A DNA stretch of 64,000 nt from Macrostomum lignano. Taxonomy: Eukaryota. The stretch spans positions 62,001 through 126,000 of the forward strand of contig NIVC01002470.1 of NCBI GenBank assembly GCA_002269645.1. The letters are read 5' to 3'. A model generated the notes under the pieces. The model was not told where the DNA came from, made no database searches, and saw nothing but the letters and a program-made list of their open reading frames with translations. The position numbers were made by a program, and so were the translations under genes. This document shows positions 36,182-47,534 of the stretch, in pieces (position 1 is the stretch's first letter; every line of letters begins with the position of its first letter).

Positions 36182-37217
36182 TTAAAACACCTGGTCAGGG
36201 ATTAAAATGCCCGAAAAGTGCAATGCAAGAACCGGGGAAAAGTCGGTCTCCCAGTGATCTGAAGAGATGAGGCCCTCGGCACAATGCAGAGTCGCACCGG
36301 GCCAGAGCTGCCGATCGATCGAAAGTGACCGAGAAATCGTGATCCCGCATGCGCAGAGCAGGAAACTCGCGCCCCGAATTCCACTGCGAACGCTCGCCCT
36401 CATTGAGATGCAGATGGCGGTTCTCAAAAAAGCAGACAGACACAACTGTGCGAAAACACGGGCGCTGCTGCAGGTCTGCGTTCGCGCTTTGGGGCTTGAC
36501 AACACAGACAATGACTTTGGCAGCCCAGCCTCCCAGCGTCATCGCTACCCATTGCTCAAAAAAAGTAACGGCGCGGAGCCAAGCGCAATTGAGAGAGCGA
36601 TTCAGGCTGGAAAGCCACTCGCTCTTTCAGTTGCCAACATTTGCTGGATGATGAAGAGCCCGCTTGAAGCAACACCCACCCCCCCCCCCCCAAGCAACTC
36701 GGACAGAAAAAGAAGCTGAGAAGAACAATGCGCCGAGAGCTCAGCAAATATTTGCCTCATCCCGCAGAATTAGGAACAAAACCAGCAATTCCACCCATTA
36801 TCTTTTGCTTCATCAAATTCAACCCTTGGACTCGGGGTTCAAACTCTTTGAGCGCCTTATTGATTTTACAAAGGCGCAGGGCAGGCCTTTTGAATTTCGG
36901 GCCCGGGGAAGCTCCGAGTCCGTGCCGGGCACAGTTGAGTTGGCTGCTCAGTAAAACTGCTTCAATTCAAAAACTATCCGCAAATTTTATCTTTTTTCTC
37001 TCGAAAGTTTCCCAGAATTGCCGACTTTTTTGGTCAAATAAAAAGCGGCTTCGCATAATTTTCTAATTTTAGCTCCAAATTTATGGCAGCGCCGCTGCCG
37101 GCCAAAGATGCAAAATAAATTCAGTTGGAATTTCAGCGATGCCGTCAGCTCCAAGGCTGGCGTGCGAGGCCACGGCTAGTTTGAAAGTGCACCAGCGCTT
37201 GTACATTGATGGGCTGA

Positions 37218-37480
37218 GCAGGTGGCTGAGTGTTCAGGTGGGTGGATGGACAGGTGGCTGAGTGTTTAGGTGGGTGGATAGACAGGTGGTTGGGTGTGTA
37301 GGTGGGTGGATAGACAGGTGGCTGGGTGTGTAGGTGGGTGGATAGACAGGTGGCTGAGTGTGCAGGTGGGTGGATAGACAGGTGGCTGAGTGTTCAGGTG
37401 GGTGGAAGGACAGGTGGCTGAGTGTTCAGGTGGGTGGATGGACAGGTGGCTGAGTGTTCAGGTGGGTGGATAGACAGGTA
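37218..37480. repeat. 32-bp satellite block at the outer end of the right arm
   Basis: GGTGGCTGAGTGTTCAGGTGGGTGGATAGACA units. Confidence 0.92.
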
Positions 37481-37889
37481 CAGGTACATGCAGGTGGAGA
37501 AGTAGACCAAATACGTGCAAGAGAAATGCCAGCAGCCATCAAGAAAGGAAGAGGCACAAGAGACCAGCCATTGTTGCTCTGTTTGCATAAGGCATCAAAT
37601 TTATCGCTTTGATAAAAATATGGGTATAAAACATCAATCTAGAATTAGCAATATATTTGTAGATAGACAGATTTGAGTTAATAATTGAACTGATTGTGGC
37701 GACCGTATAAAAAGTGCAGTAAGCTCAGGGGAAGACAGAAAGCAAGCAATTTTCTCTGTTACATCGGCCTCGTTAAAATTACACAAAGTTTGGCATCGAG
37801 AAAAATTGCAGCATTAAATTCAACAAGGGAAGACGATTGCTGATTGAATTCGATATGCATACAAAGAGATAAGGGTCTCTCGATTTCAA

Positions 37890-39420
37890 GTGGTGTTTTG
37901 GGGTGGGTATTTTTGGGTGAGAGTTTTGGGGTAGGTGTTTTGGGGTAAGAGTTTTGGGGTGAGTGTTTTAGGGTGAGTATTTTAGGGTGAGTGTTTTGGG
38001 GTGAGTGCTTTGGGGTGAGTGTTTTGGGGTGAGTGTTTTAGGGTGAGTGTTTTGAGTGGGTGTTTTGAGGTGGGTGTTTGGGTGGGTGTTTTGGGGTGAG
38101 TGTTTTGGGTGGGTATTTTTGGGTGAGAGTTTTGGGGTGGGTGTTTTGGGGTAAGAGTTTTGGGGTGAGTGTTTTAGGGTGAGTATTTTAGGGTGAGTGT
38201 TTTGGGGTGAGTGCTTTGGGGTGAGTGCTTTGGGGTGAGAGTTTTGGGTGGGTGTTTTGAGTGGGTGTTTTGGGGTGGGTGTTTGGGTGGGTGTTTTGGG
38301 GTGAGTGTTTTGGGTGGGTGTTTTAGGGTGAGTGTTTTGGGGTGAGTGCTTTGGGGTAAGAGTTTTGGGGTGAGTGTTTTAGGGTGAGTGTTTTGGGGTG
38401 AGTGTTTTAGGGTGAGTGTTTTGGGGTGAGTGCTTTGGGGTGAGTGTTTTAGGGCGAGTGTTTTGGGGTGAGTGCTTTGGGGTGAGTGTTTTGGGGTAAG
38501 AGTTTTGGGGTGAGTGTTTTAGGGTGAGTGTTTTGGGGTGAGTGCTTTGGGGTGAGTGTTTTGGGGTGAGTGTTTTGGGGTGAGTGTTTTAGGGTGAGTG
38601 TTTTGGGGTGAGTGTTTTAGGGTGAGTGTTTTGGGGTGAGTGCTTTGGGGTGAGTGTTTTAGGGTGAGTGTTTTGGGGTAAGTGTTTTGGGTGGGTGTTT
38701 TGGGGTGGGTGTTTTAGGGTGAGTGTTTTGGGGTGAGTGTTTTAGGGTGAGTGCTTTGGGTGGGTGTTTTGGGGTGAGTGTTTTGGGGTGGGTGTTTTGG
38801 GGTGAGTGTTTTGGGTGGGTGTTTTAGGGTGTGTTTTGGGGTGAGTGCTTTGGGGTAAGAGTTTTGGGGTGAGTGTTTTAGGGTGAGTGTTTTGGGGTGA
38901 GTGCTTTGGGGTGAGTGTTTTGGGGTGAGTGCTTTGGGGTGAGTGTTTTAGGGTGAGTGTTTTGGGGTAAGAGTTTTGGGGTGAGTGTTTTAGGGTGAGT
39001 GTTTTGGGGTGAGTGTTTTGGGGTGAGTGTTTTGGGTGGGTGCTTTGGGGTGAGTGTTTTAGGGTGAGTGTTTTGGGGTAAGAGTTTTGGGGTGAGTGTT
39101 TTAGGGTGAGTGTTTTGGGGTAAGAGTTTTGGGGTGAGTGTTTTAGGGTGAGTGTTTTGGGGTGAGTGTTTTGGGGTGAGTGTTTTGGGTGGGTGCTTTG
39201 GGGTGAGTGTTTTAGGGTGAGTGTTTTGGGGTAAGAGTTTTGGGGTGAGTGTTTTAGGGTGAGTGTTTTGGGGTGAGTGCTTTGGGGTGAGTGTTTTAGG
39301 GTGAGTGCTTTGGGGTGAGTGTTTTGGGGTGAGTGTTTTGGGGTGAGTGTTTTAGGGTGAGTATTTTGGGGTTGGTGTTTTGGGGTGGTTGTTTCGGGAT
39401 GGGTGTTTTGGGGTTGGTGA
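37890..39420. repeat. 14-15 bp G/T-rich minisatellite (GTGTTTTGGGGTGA)
   Basis: Direct periodicity, about 100 units. Confidence 0.95.
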
Positions 39421-39536
39421 ATCGGGATGGTGATTTGGATGGTACACCTGTTACACCTGAACGGGCATCCTAAATAAACTGCTTAATCAGTTGAGTCGCA
39501 ACAGCCAGTGCCCATGACGTGAGCAGACCGGGCCAC

Positions 39537-40274
39537 TCACTGCCGCCGGGCCGCACCGTTAGGCCGGCCGCCGCTGGTCAGGAATCTTTCCGGCAAGCTG
39601 CGGTGCTGCGGCGCCAGTCCGCCAAAGCCGCCGGGCACGAACCCGCCAATCAGAAGCGGGCTGCGGCCTCTCCAATCGGTAACACCGGCAGCCGAGGCGA
39701 GCGACGCGCCAGACGAGGACGAGGAGGAAAGCAGCTGCTGCAGCTGCGACCGGGGGTGCGGCGGCGGCGACGCAGGCAGCGGAGAGGGCAGGGCGGCCGC
39801 AGCGGCAGCAGCCGACGGGTCCGCCAGCATGAGGCGCGGCAGGCCTTGGGCGGCGCTGGGGGCGGACAGAAAGCGGTCCGGCACCCGCTGGTCAAGCGGG
39901 ACGAGCCACGTGGTGGCGGCGGCGGCGGCCTCGGAGGCCGGCGGCAGCGGGGTCGGGCAGTTTGCCTGCACGGACTTGTCGCAGCAAGCGGCGGCGCCGT
40001 TGACAATTTCAATAGCGGCCGACGGGCGAGAAGGCGAAGAAGGCGACGGAGGCGGCGATTGAGACGGCAGCGACTGCCGAGGCGGCGACTGCGAAGGCGG
40101 ACGCGGCGGGCGGCTGGGCTCGGAGCGCCGCTGCTGCTGGTTCTGCAGATCCTCGGCAGCCCTGAGCGGCCGCAGGACCATCTCGGTCAGCAGGCGGAGA
40201 TCGCGCGGCTTCCAGTCGGCGGCGCTCGATGATCGCGGCGGCGGCGGCGGCGGCGTGGTCGAAGCCGACGTCAT
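39537..40274 (-). CDS. Hypothetical Pro/Ala/Ser-rich protein (>=245 aa), probably a spliced or trans-spliced exon
   Basis: Non-repetitive GC3-rich ORF. It stays open in frame back to an acceptor-like CCTCTCTAG at ~40329. No family recognised. Confidence 0.55.
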   Translation of the reverse strand: MTSASTTPPPPPPRSSSAADWKPRDLRLLTEMVLRPLRAAEDLQNQQQRRSEPSRPPRPPSQSPPRQSLPSQSPPPSPSSPSRPSAAIEIVNGAAACCDKSVQANCPTPLPPASEAAAAATTWLVPLDQRVPDRFLSAPSAAQGLPRLMLADPSAAAAAAALPSPLPASPPPHPRSQLQQLLSSSSSSGASLASAAGVTDWRGRSPLLIGGFVPGGFGGLAPQHRSLPERFLTSGGRPNGAARRQ

Positions 40275-41194
40275 GACGTGCCGACAGTCGTGTCGCGACG
40301 GAGCGTCAGTAAGCGAGCGGAAGATGCACTAGAGAGGTCGGCAGCAGGAAACAGCTACAGAGAGCTTTGGGGCCCCAAAATACGGTCACCCTTGACCCAG
40401 TCATACACTACTTTTTTTGTTTAGTAGCTTATGCGCATTTTATAACAGAGATTTTGATTTTCTTCAAGAACTACAAGGACTACTAAAGTAGATGGACGGG
40501 AAACAACGTTTCTTATAAAATTTTAGAAGGCAGCTTTTTTCCGAAAAAAATACACTACGGAGGTAGGTTTCAGCACAGATTTCAGCATAGATTTCAGCAC
40601 AGTTTTCGTGTTGAAAAAATGGAAACTTCCTATCTCCGTAGTGTATTTTTTCCGTGAAAACCAGCCTACTTAACATTTTCTAAGAAACTTTGAAGAGCTA
40701 ACCTAGGAAAATTCTTTGCCAGTACTGCTATCATATAGTATCCTTGGGCCGTTCTACTAAGGCTTTTTTTCCTAAACTTTGCTGGATGGAAGTAGAAGTC
40801 AAGGCAATATAACGCAGGCTTTGGAATAGACAAAATAGGTGAAAGCAACAGCCCGCATAGCGACAGGCTTTATTGCTATCAATGCACGGTCTTTGTTAAT
40901 AAATAAATCGCATCAGTTGGCCTTCAAGCAAAGAAAACAAACAGCAATGAGAGAGCACAGGATGAACTGAACAAAGTTTAATTCAGTACCGGCCATAATT
41001 AGAATACTAATTATTACAAACAAATGCTCCCTCAATTTAAAAAAAATACAATCAGATAATTTATGACTAACCGGTATACAAACAGCTTAAACTCAAAGAT
41101 TTTGCTGTCACCAGAAGAAATACGCGTACCTGCCAGTGTGATATTTATTTGATATATAAACTCCAAGAAGCTTCTCGAAAATTAGGCAACGGGT

Positions 41195-41745
41195 CGGAGG
41201 ATCTGGAAGAGTAGACTGAGGATCTGGGAGAGTAGACTGAAGATCTGGGAGAGAGTAGACTGAGGATCTGGGAGAGAGTAGACTGCGGATCTGGGAGAGT
41301 AGACTGAGGATCTGGGAGAGTAGACTGAAGATCTGGGAGAGAGTAGACTGCGGATCTGGGAGAGAGTAGACTGAGGATCTGGAAGAGAGTAGACTGAGGA
41401 TCTGGGAGAGTAGACTGAAGATCTGGGAGAGAGTAGACTGAGGATCTGGGAGAGTAGCTTGAGTGATCTGGGAGAGAGTAGCTTGAGTGATCTGGGAGAG
41501 AGTAGACTGGGGATCTGGGAGAGCGGATTGGGGGATCTGGGAGAGAGTAGACTGAGGATCTGGGAGAGTAGCTTGAGTGATCTGGGAGAGAGTAGACTGG
41601 GGATCTGGGAGAGCGGATTGGGGGATCTGGGAGAGAGTAGACTGAGGATCTGGGAGAGAGTAGACTGAGGATCTGGGAGAGCGGATTGGGGGATCTGGGA
41701 GAGAGTAGACTGAGGATCTGGGAGAGTGGATTGGGGATCTGGGAG
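41195..41745. repeat. ~21-23 bp minisatellite (CTGAGGATCTGGGAGAGAGTAGA) directly after the FAN1 stop
   Basis: Direct periodicity. Confidence 0.93.
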
Positions 41746-44700
41746 TCACCCAGCGGCTTGTCCCTCATCTTCTTGCTCCCCTCGCAGTCGCTTCCGCTCC
41801 ATTGCAGCTTCCGCCTGCGCCCCCTCATCCGCCTCCGGCTGTGTCGATTGGTCGGCGGCCGCGGAGAGCCGCAGCCGGCGCCGCAGGAGGCCGCCCTGCT
41901 CGGCGCGCACCACGCAGACCTCGGAGCGGGCGCCCAGGCGCTCAAGCCGGGCGAGCCAGAGGGTCTGCTTGGCGGACAGCTGGTCCCCGGGGCCCTTGAC
42001 CTCGGCGAACAGGCAGCGCCGGCTGGCGGGGCACCACAGCAGCAGGTCGGGCATGCCGGCATGCAGCTGGTCATAGTTCTCCCCCAGCTCGGCCAGAATG
42101 CCGGCCAGGAGGTCCCGGGGCAGGGCCTCAGCCAGGCTGCACAGGTCATCCAGGCTCACCTGCGGGAGTTCGATTTGGATTTTGATGTGGGGATGAAGGA
42201 ACTTGAGGATTTATGGCCTCAGTCAGGTGAGAGTGCAATCACATTAATAGGGATATATGACCTCAAGTGGGAGTAAAATCCCCATAATAGGGATTTATGA
42301 CCTCAGTCAGGTGAGAGTGCAATCCCCATAATAGGGATTTATGACCTCAGTCAGGTGAGACTGCAATCCCCATAATAAGAGTTTACGAAAGTGCCATCCG
42401 GGATGGGTTCTGCGTCCTCACCCGCTCCCCAAGCAGGAGTCCCGGGTCTCTCTCTGCTTCCTGCCGGATCAGCAGCTCCAGCCGGCCGGCCTCCTGAAGC
42501 TCCGCGCTGCGTAGTCGCCGCAGCCCCGCCTCGAGGGCCGCTCGCCGGCCGCCGGCGGCCAGAAACTCGGCTGGATAGCGCAGATCGAGCGGCGCTCGGC
42601 GCTGATAGCGCGATAGAAAAGCGCCAGGCAGCGGCGCGAACAGGGCCTCGCGCTGTAATAAGAAAAATAACGCGTGAAATGGCGCCCCCTCGGCGTGCAG
42701 GCCGCGCGGAAAGGCGCCCCCGTCCAGGGAGTGGTAGTGGTCCAGGGCCACGCGCTCCACGCTGCAGACGACGGCGTCCTCGCCGGCGCCGGCGCCGCTT
42801 TCTAGGAAAACGTTCACCCTGCCTGGCAGGCTGTGCGAGACGGTGGCGCCGTAGATTTCCGCTCGCGCCGGCGGCTCCCGCGGCTGCTCGGCCAGGGCGG
42901 CAGCCACCAGCGGACAGGTGGACGGGACGCCGGTGCGGGCGGCCAAAGAGGCGGCCCGCTGGGCGAGCTCGCGCCGGGCGGCCGGACAGAGGCCCGGCTC
43001 GGCCAGGGCGCGGGAAATGACGCTAAATGCGGCGCTGGGTTCCCGCTGGTGCCGATCGAGCAGCAGCGCAAGGCGGAGGTGGCGCCGGTGGCGAGACCGC
43101 GTCAGCAGCACCTGCGGACAGGTGGGGGGGGGTGGGCTACGGTCTTAGAGGCCTGAACCCGGCGACATTCGGGAACCACATTCGAAATACAGAAACCCTC
43201 TGAAGCCAAACCCGAACACCCTCCGAAACACCTAGTAAAATCCCCAACAAAAACCAACCACAGAAACCCCAACAGAAACCCCAACAGAAACACCACCAAC
43301 AGAAACACCACCAACAGAAACACCACCAACAGAAACACCACCAACAGAAACACCAACAAAAACCCTAACAGAAACCCCAACAGAAACCCCAACAGAAACA
43401 CCAACAGAAACACCAACAAAAACCCTAACAGAAACCCCGACAGAAACCCCAACAGAAACCCCAACAGAAACCCCAACAGAAACCCCAACAGAAACACCAC
43501 CAACAGAAACACCACCAACAGAAACACCACCAACAGAAACACCACCAACAGAAACACCAACAAAAACCCTAACAGAAACCCCAACAGAAACCCCAACAGA
43601 AACACCAACAGAAACACCAACAAAAACCCTAACAGAAACCCCGACAGAAACCCCAACAGAAACCCCAACAGAAACCCCAACAGAAACCTCAACAGAAACC
43701 CTAACAGAAACCCCAACAGAAACCCCGACAGAAACCTCAACAAAAACCCCAACAGAAACCCCAACAGAAACCCCAGCAGAAACCCCAACAGAAACCCCAA
43801 CAGAAACCCCAACAGAAACACCACCAACAGAAACACCACCAACAGAAACACCACCAACAGAAACACCAACAAAAACCCTAACAGAAACCCCAACAGAAAC
43901 CTCAACAGAAACACCAACAGAAACACCAACAAAAACCCTAACAGAAACCCCGACAGAAACCCCAACAGAAACCCCAACAGAAACCCCAACAGAAACCTCA
44001 ACAGAAACCCTAACAGAAACCCCAACAGAAACCCCGACAGAAACCTCAACAAAAACCCCAACAGAAACCCCAACAGAAACCCCAACAGAAACCCCAACAG
44101 AAACACCAACAAAAACCCTAACAGAAACCCCAACAGAAACCTCAACAGAAACACCAACAGAAACACCAACAAAAACCCCAACAGAAACCCCAACAGAAAC
44201 CCCAGCAGAAACCCCAACAGAAACCCCAACAGAAACCCCAACAGAAACCTCAACAGAAACGCCAACAGAAACACCAACAGAAACACCAACAAAAACCCCA
44301 ACAGAAACCTCAACAGAAACGCCAACAGAAACCCTTACAGAAACACCAACAGAAACCCGAACAGAAACCCGAACAGAAACCCGAACAGAAACCCCAACAG
44401 AAACCCGAACAGAAACCCCAACAGACGCCACCACAGCGCACCTGTTGTCCCAGCAGCAGGTTGTACTGCCTGACCGCTTCCGGGTAGCGCCGCAGCCGTT
44501 CTAGTGTCGCCGCCCGAATGTCGGCCGCGCGAAACACGGCGCCCAGCTCGGTGAAGCGCCGCAGGTGCACCGGGACGGACTCGGCCAGGCGGCTAAGGCA
44601 CCCGCCGTCGCTACCGTCGATGGCCCGCTGCAGTCGGCCCGGCCAGCCGGCCTCGGTGAAGGCGTCCTCCAGCTGGAGGAACTGGCGGCGCTGCTGCAGG

Positions 44701-47477
44701 TCGCGAAGCCGGCGCTCGAGCCGCACGGCCTCCAGGTAGGCTAGCAGGGCTGCGGGGTCCGGGTACAGGCTGCGGTAGGCGGTCGCCTTGCCCTGCACCA
44801 GCTCGGCCGGCAGCGGCCCCGGCTCCGCGCCCAGCTCGATGCGGCGCAGGCGGTACAGCAGGTCCTGGGCGAGAGAATTGATGGAGCTGGTTTTTCTACT
44901 GGTATTTTTTGTGGCATCTAGTGAGAACCATTGGGATCTAGTGAGAACCATTGGGATCTAGTGAGAACCATTGGGATCTAGTGAGAACCATTGGGATCTA
45001 GTGAGAACCATTGGGATCTAGTGAGAACCATTGGGATCTAGTGAGAACCATTGGGATCTAGTGAGAACCATTGGGATCTAGTGAGAACCATTGGGATCTA
45101 GTGAGAACCATTGGGATCTAGTGAGAACCATTGGGATCTAGTGAGAACCATTGGGATCTAGTGAGAACCATTGGGATCTAGTGAGAACCATTGGGATCTA
45201 GTGAGAACCATTGGGATCTAGTGAGGACCATTGGGATCTAGTGAGGACCATTGGGATCTAGTGAGGACCATTGGGATCTAGTGAGGACCATTGGGATCTA
45301 GTGAGGACCATTGGGATCTAGTGAGGACCATTGGGATCTAGTGAGGACCATTGGGATCTAGTGAGGACCATTGGGATCTAGTGAGGACCATTGGGATCTA
45401 GTGAGGACCATTGGGATCTAGTGAGGACCATTGGGATCTATCAATAATGGATGAAACACATTGAAAATCGATAGTACCTGTTGTATTGGGAATGAATGCG
45501 ATCAATTGGGAATGAATGGGATCAATTGGGAATGAATGGGATCAATTGGAAATGAATGGGATCAATTGGGAATGAATGGGATCAATTGGGAATGAATGGG
45601 ATCAATTGGAAATGAATGGTATCAACTGGGAATGAATGGGATCAATTGGGAATGAATGGTATCAACTGGGAATGAATGGGATCAATTGGGAATGAATGGT
45701 ATCAACTGGGAATGAATGGGATCAATTGGGAATGAATGGTATCAACTGGGAATGAATGGGATCAATTGGGAATGAATGGTATCAACTGGGAATGAATGGG
45801 ATCAATTGGGAATGAATGGTATCAACTGGGAATGAATGGGATCTATTGGGAATGAATGGTATCAACTGGGAATGAATGGGATCAATTGGGAATGAATGGT
45901 ATCAACTGGGAATGAATGGGATCTATTGGGAATGAATGGTATCAACTGGGAATGAATGGGATCTATTGGGAATGAATGGTATCAACTGGGAATGAATGGG
46001 ATCAATCGGGAATGAATGGGATCAACTGGGAATGAATGGGATCAATCGGGAATGAATGGGATCAACTGGGAATGAATGGGATCAATCGGGAATGAATGGG
46101 ATCAGTTGGGAATGAATGGGATCAATTGGAAATGAATGGGATCAATTGGGAATGAATGGGATCAATCGGGAATGAATGGGATCAGTTGGGAATGAATGAG
46201 ATCAATGGGGAATGAATGGGATCAACTGGGAATGAATGGGATCAATTGGGAATGAATGGTATCAACTGGGAATGAATGGGATCTATTGGGAATGAATGGT
46301 ATCAACTGGGAATGAATGGGATCTATTGGGAATGAATGGTATCAACTGGGAATGAATGGGATCAATCGGGAATGAATGGGATCAACTGGGAATGAATGGG
46401 ATCAATCGGGAATGAATGGGATCAACTGGGAATGAATGGGATCAATCGGGAATGAATGGGATCAGTTGGGAATGAATGGGATCAATTGGAAATGAATGGG
46501 ATCAATTGGGAATGAATGGGATCAATCGGGAATGAATGGGATCAGTTGGGAATGAATGAGATCAATGGGGAATGAATGGGATCAATTGGGAATGAATGAG
46601 ATCTATTGGGAATGAATGGGATCAATTGGGAATGAATGGGATCAATTGGAAATGAATGGGATCAACTGGGAATGAATGGGATCAAATGGGAATGAATGGG
46701 ATCAACTGGAAATGAATGGGATCAATTGGGAATGAATGAGATCAATCAGGAACGAATGGGATCAATTAGGAATGAATGGGGTCAAGTGGAGACCTGTTGC
46801 AAAGTTCTCATGCTGCTCTCAAATCAGTCCACACCTGGAACACGTTAGCGGCCTCCGTATCGTGCAGCTCGATGTGGAACGCCAGAAAGGCGGCCTCCAG
46901 CAGGTCGGCAGCCGCCGGTCGCAGCCGCCACGCCGGCCCGATGGCGGCCAGGACGGCGCGGCGCACCCGGCATGCGGCGGCGGGCCGCGGCGTTGAGCAG
47001 AAAGCCCCGCCAGACAGCGAGTTGGCGCTGGCCCGCAGCAGTGTCCGGGTGAGGCCGTCGCGCCGCCGCCCGGCCCCGACGAGGCTGCTGGCGACGCCGC
47101 CGCCGAGCCGCTTGGCAACGTCGATCAGCTCCGGGCAGCTGCACAGCGACAGCAGCTCAGCGAGCTCCGGCGCCGGCGACGCTTCGGCGAGGCTCTCGAC
47201 CAGGCCGAGCTCGGCGAGACCCGCGGCAGCCAGCTCTGGCGGCGCGCCGAGCTCCGGGTAGCGCAGCCGGCCGGGCCGGTGGAAGCGGCGCGCCCGGCAC
47301 AGCAGGCGGGCCAGCAAGCGCAGCTCCGGCCTCTCCGGCGAAAGCCGAGCCGCGGCGGCCAGCAGGTGGCGCTGCTCAGGCGAGAACAAGAAGGCCAGGT
47401 CGGCGTCCTCCGACACCTGGGGACAGAGGATTGGTGTGGCTTGGTCAGATACTATGTCTGCCTTCCGTCTGCCTTCG

Positions 47478-47534
<57 letters not shown>

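Larger units (their letters stand above)
22095..37480 (-). repeat. Right arm of large inverted duplication
   Basis: Begins CGAAATCGCAGG, the reverse complement of the bases just before the gap. Ends in the 32-bp satellite at ~37480, after which the sequence is unique. Confidence 0.97.

Noticed and set aside
37890-39420. Interstitial telomere
   Set aside because: The unit is 14-15 bp; TTAGGG occurs only singly in some units, never in tandem.
43102-44434. 400-aa FLLG/VSVG ORFs
   Set aside because: 12-bp minisatellite inside FAN1 intron 3.
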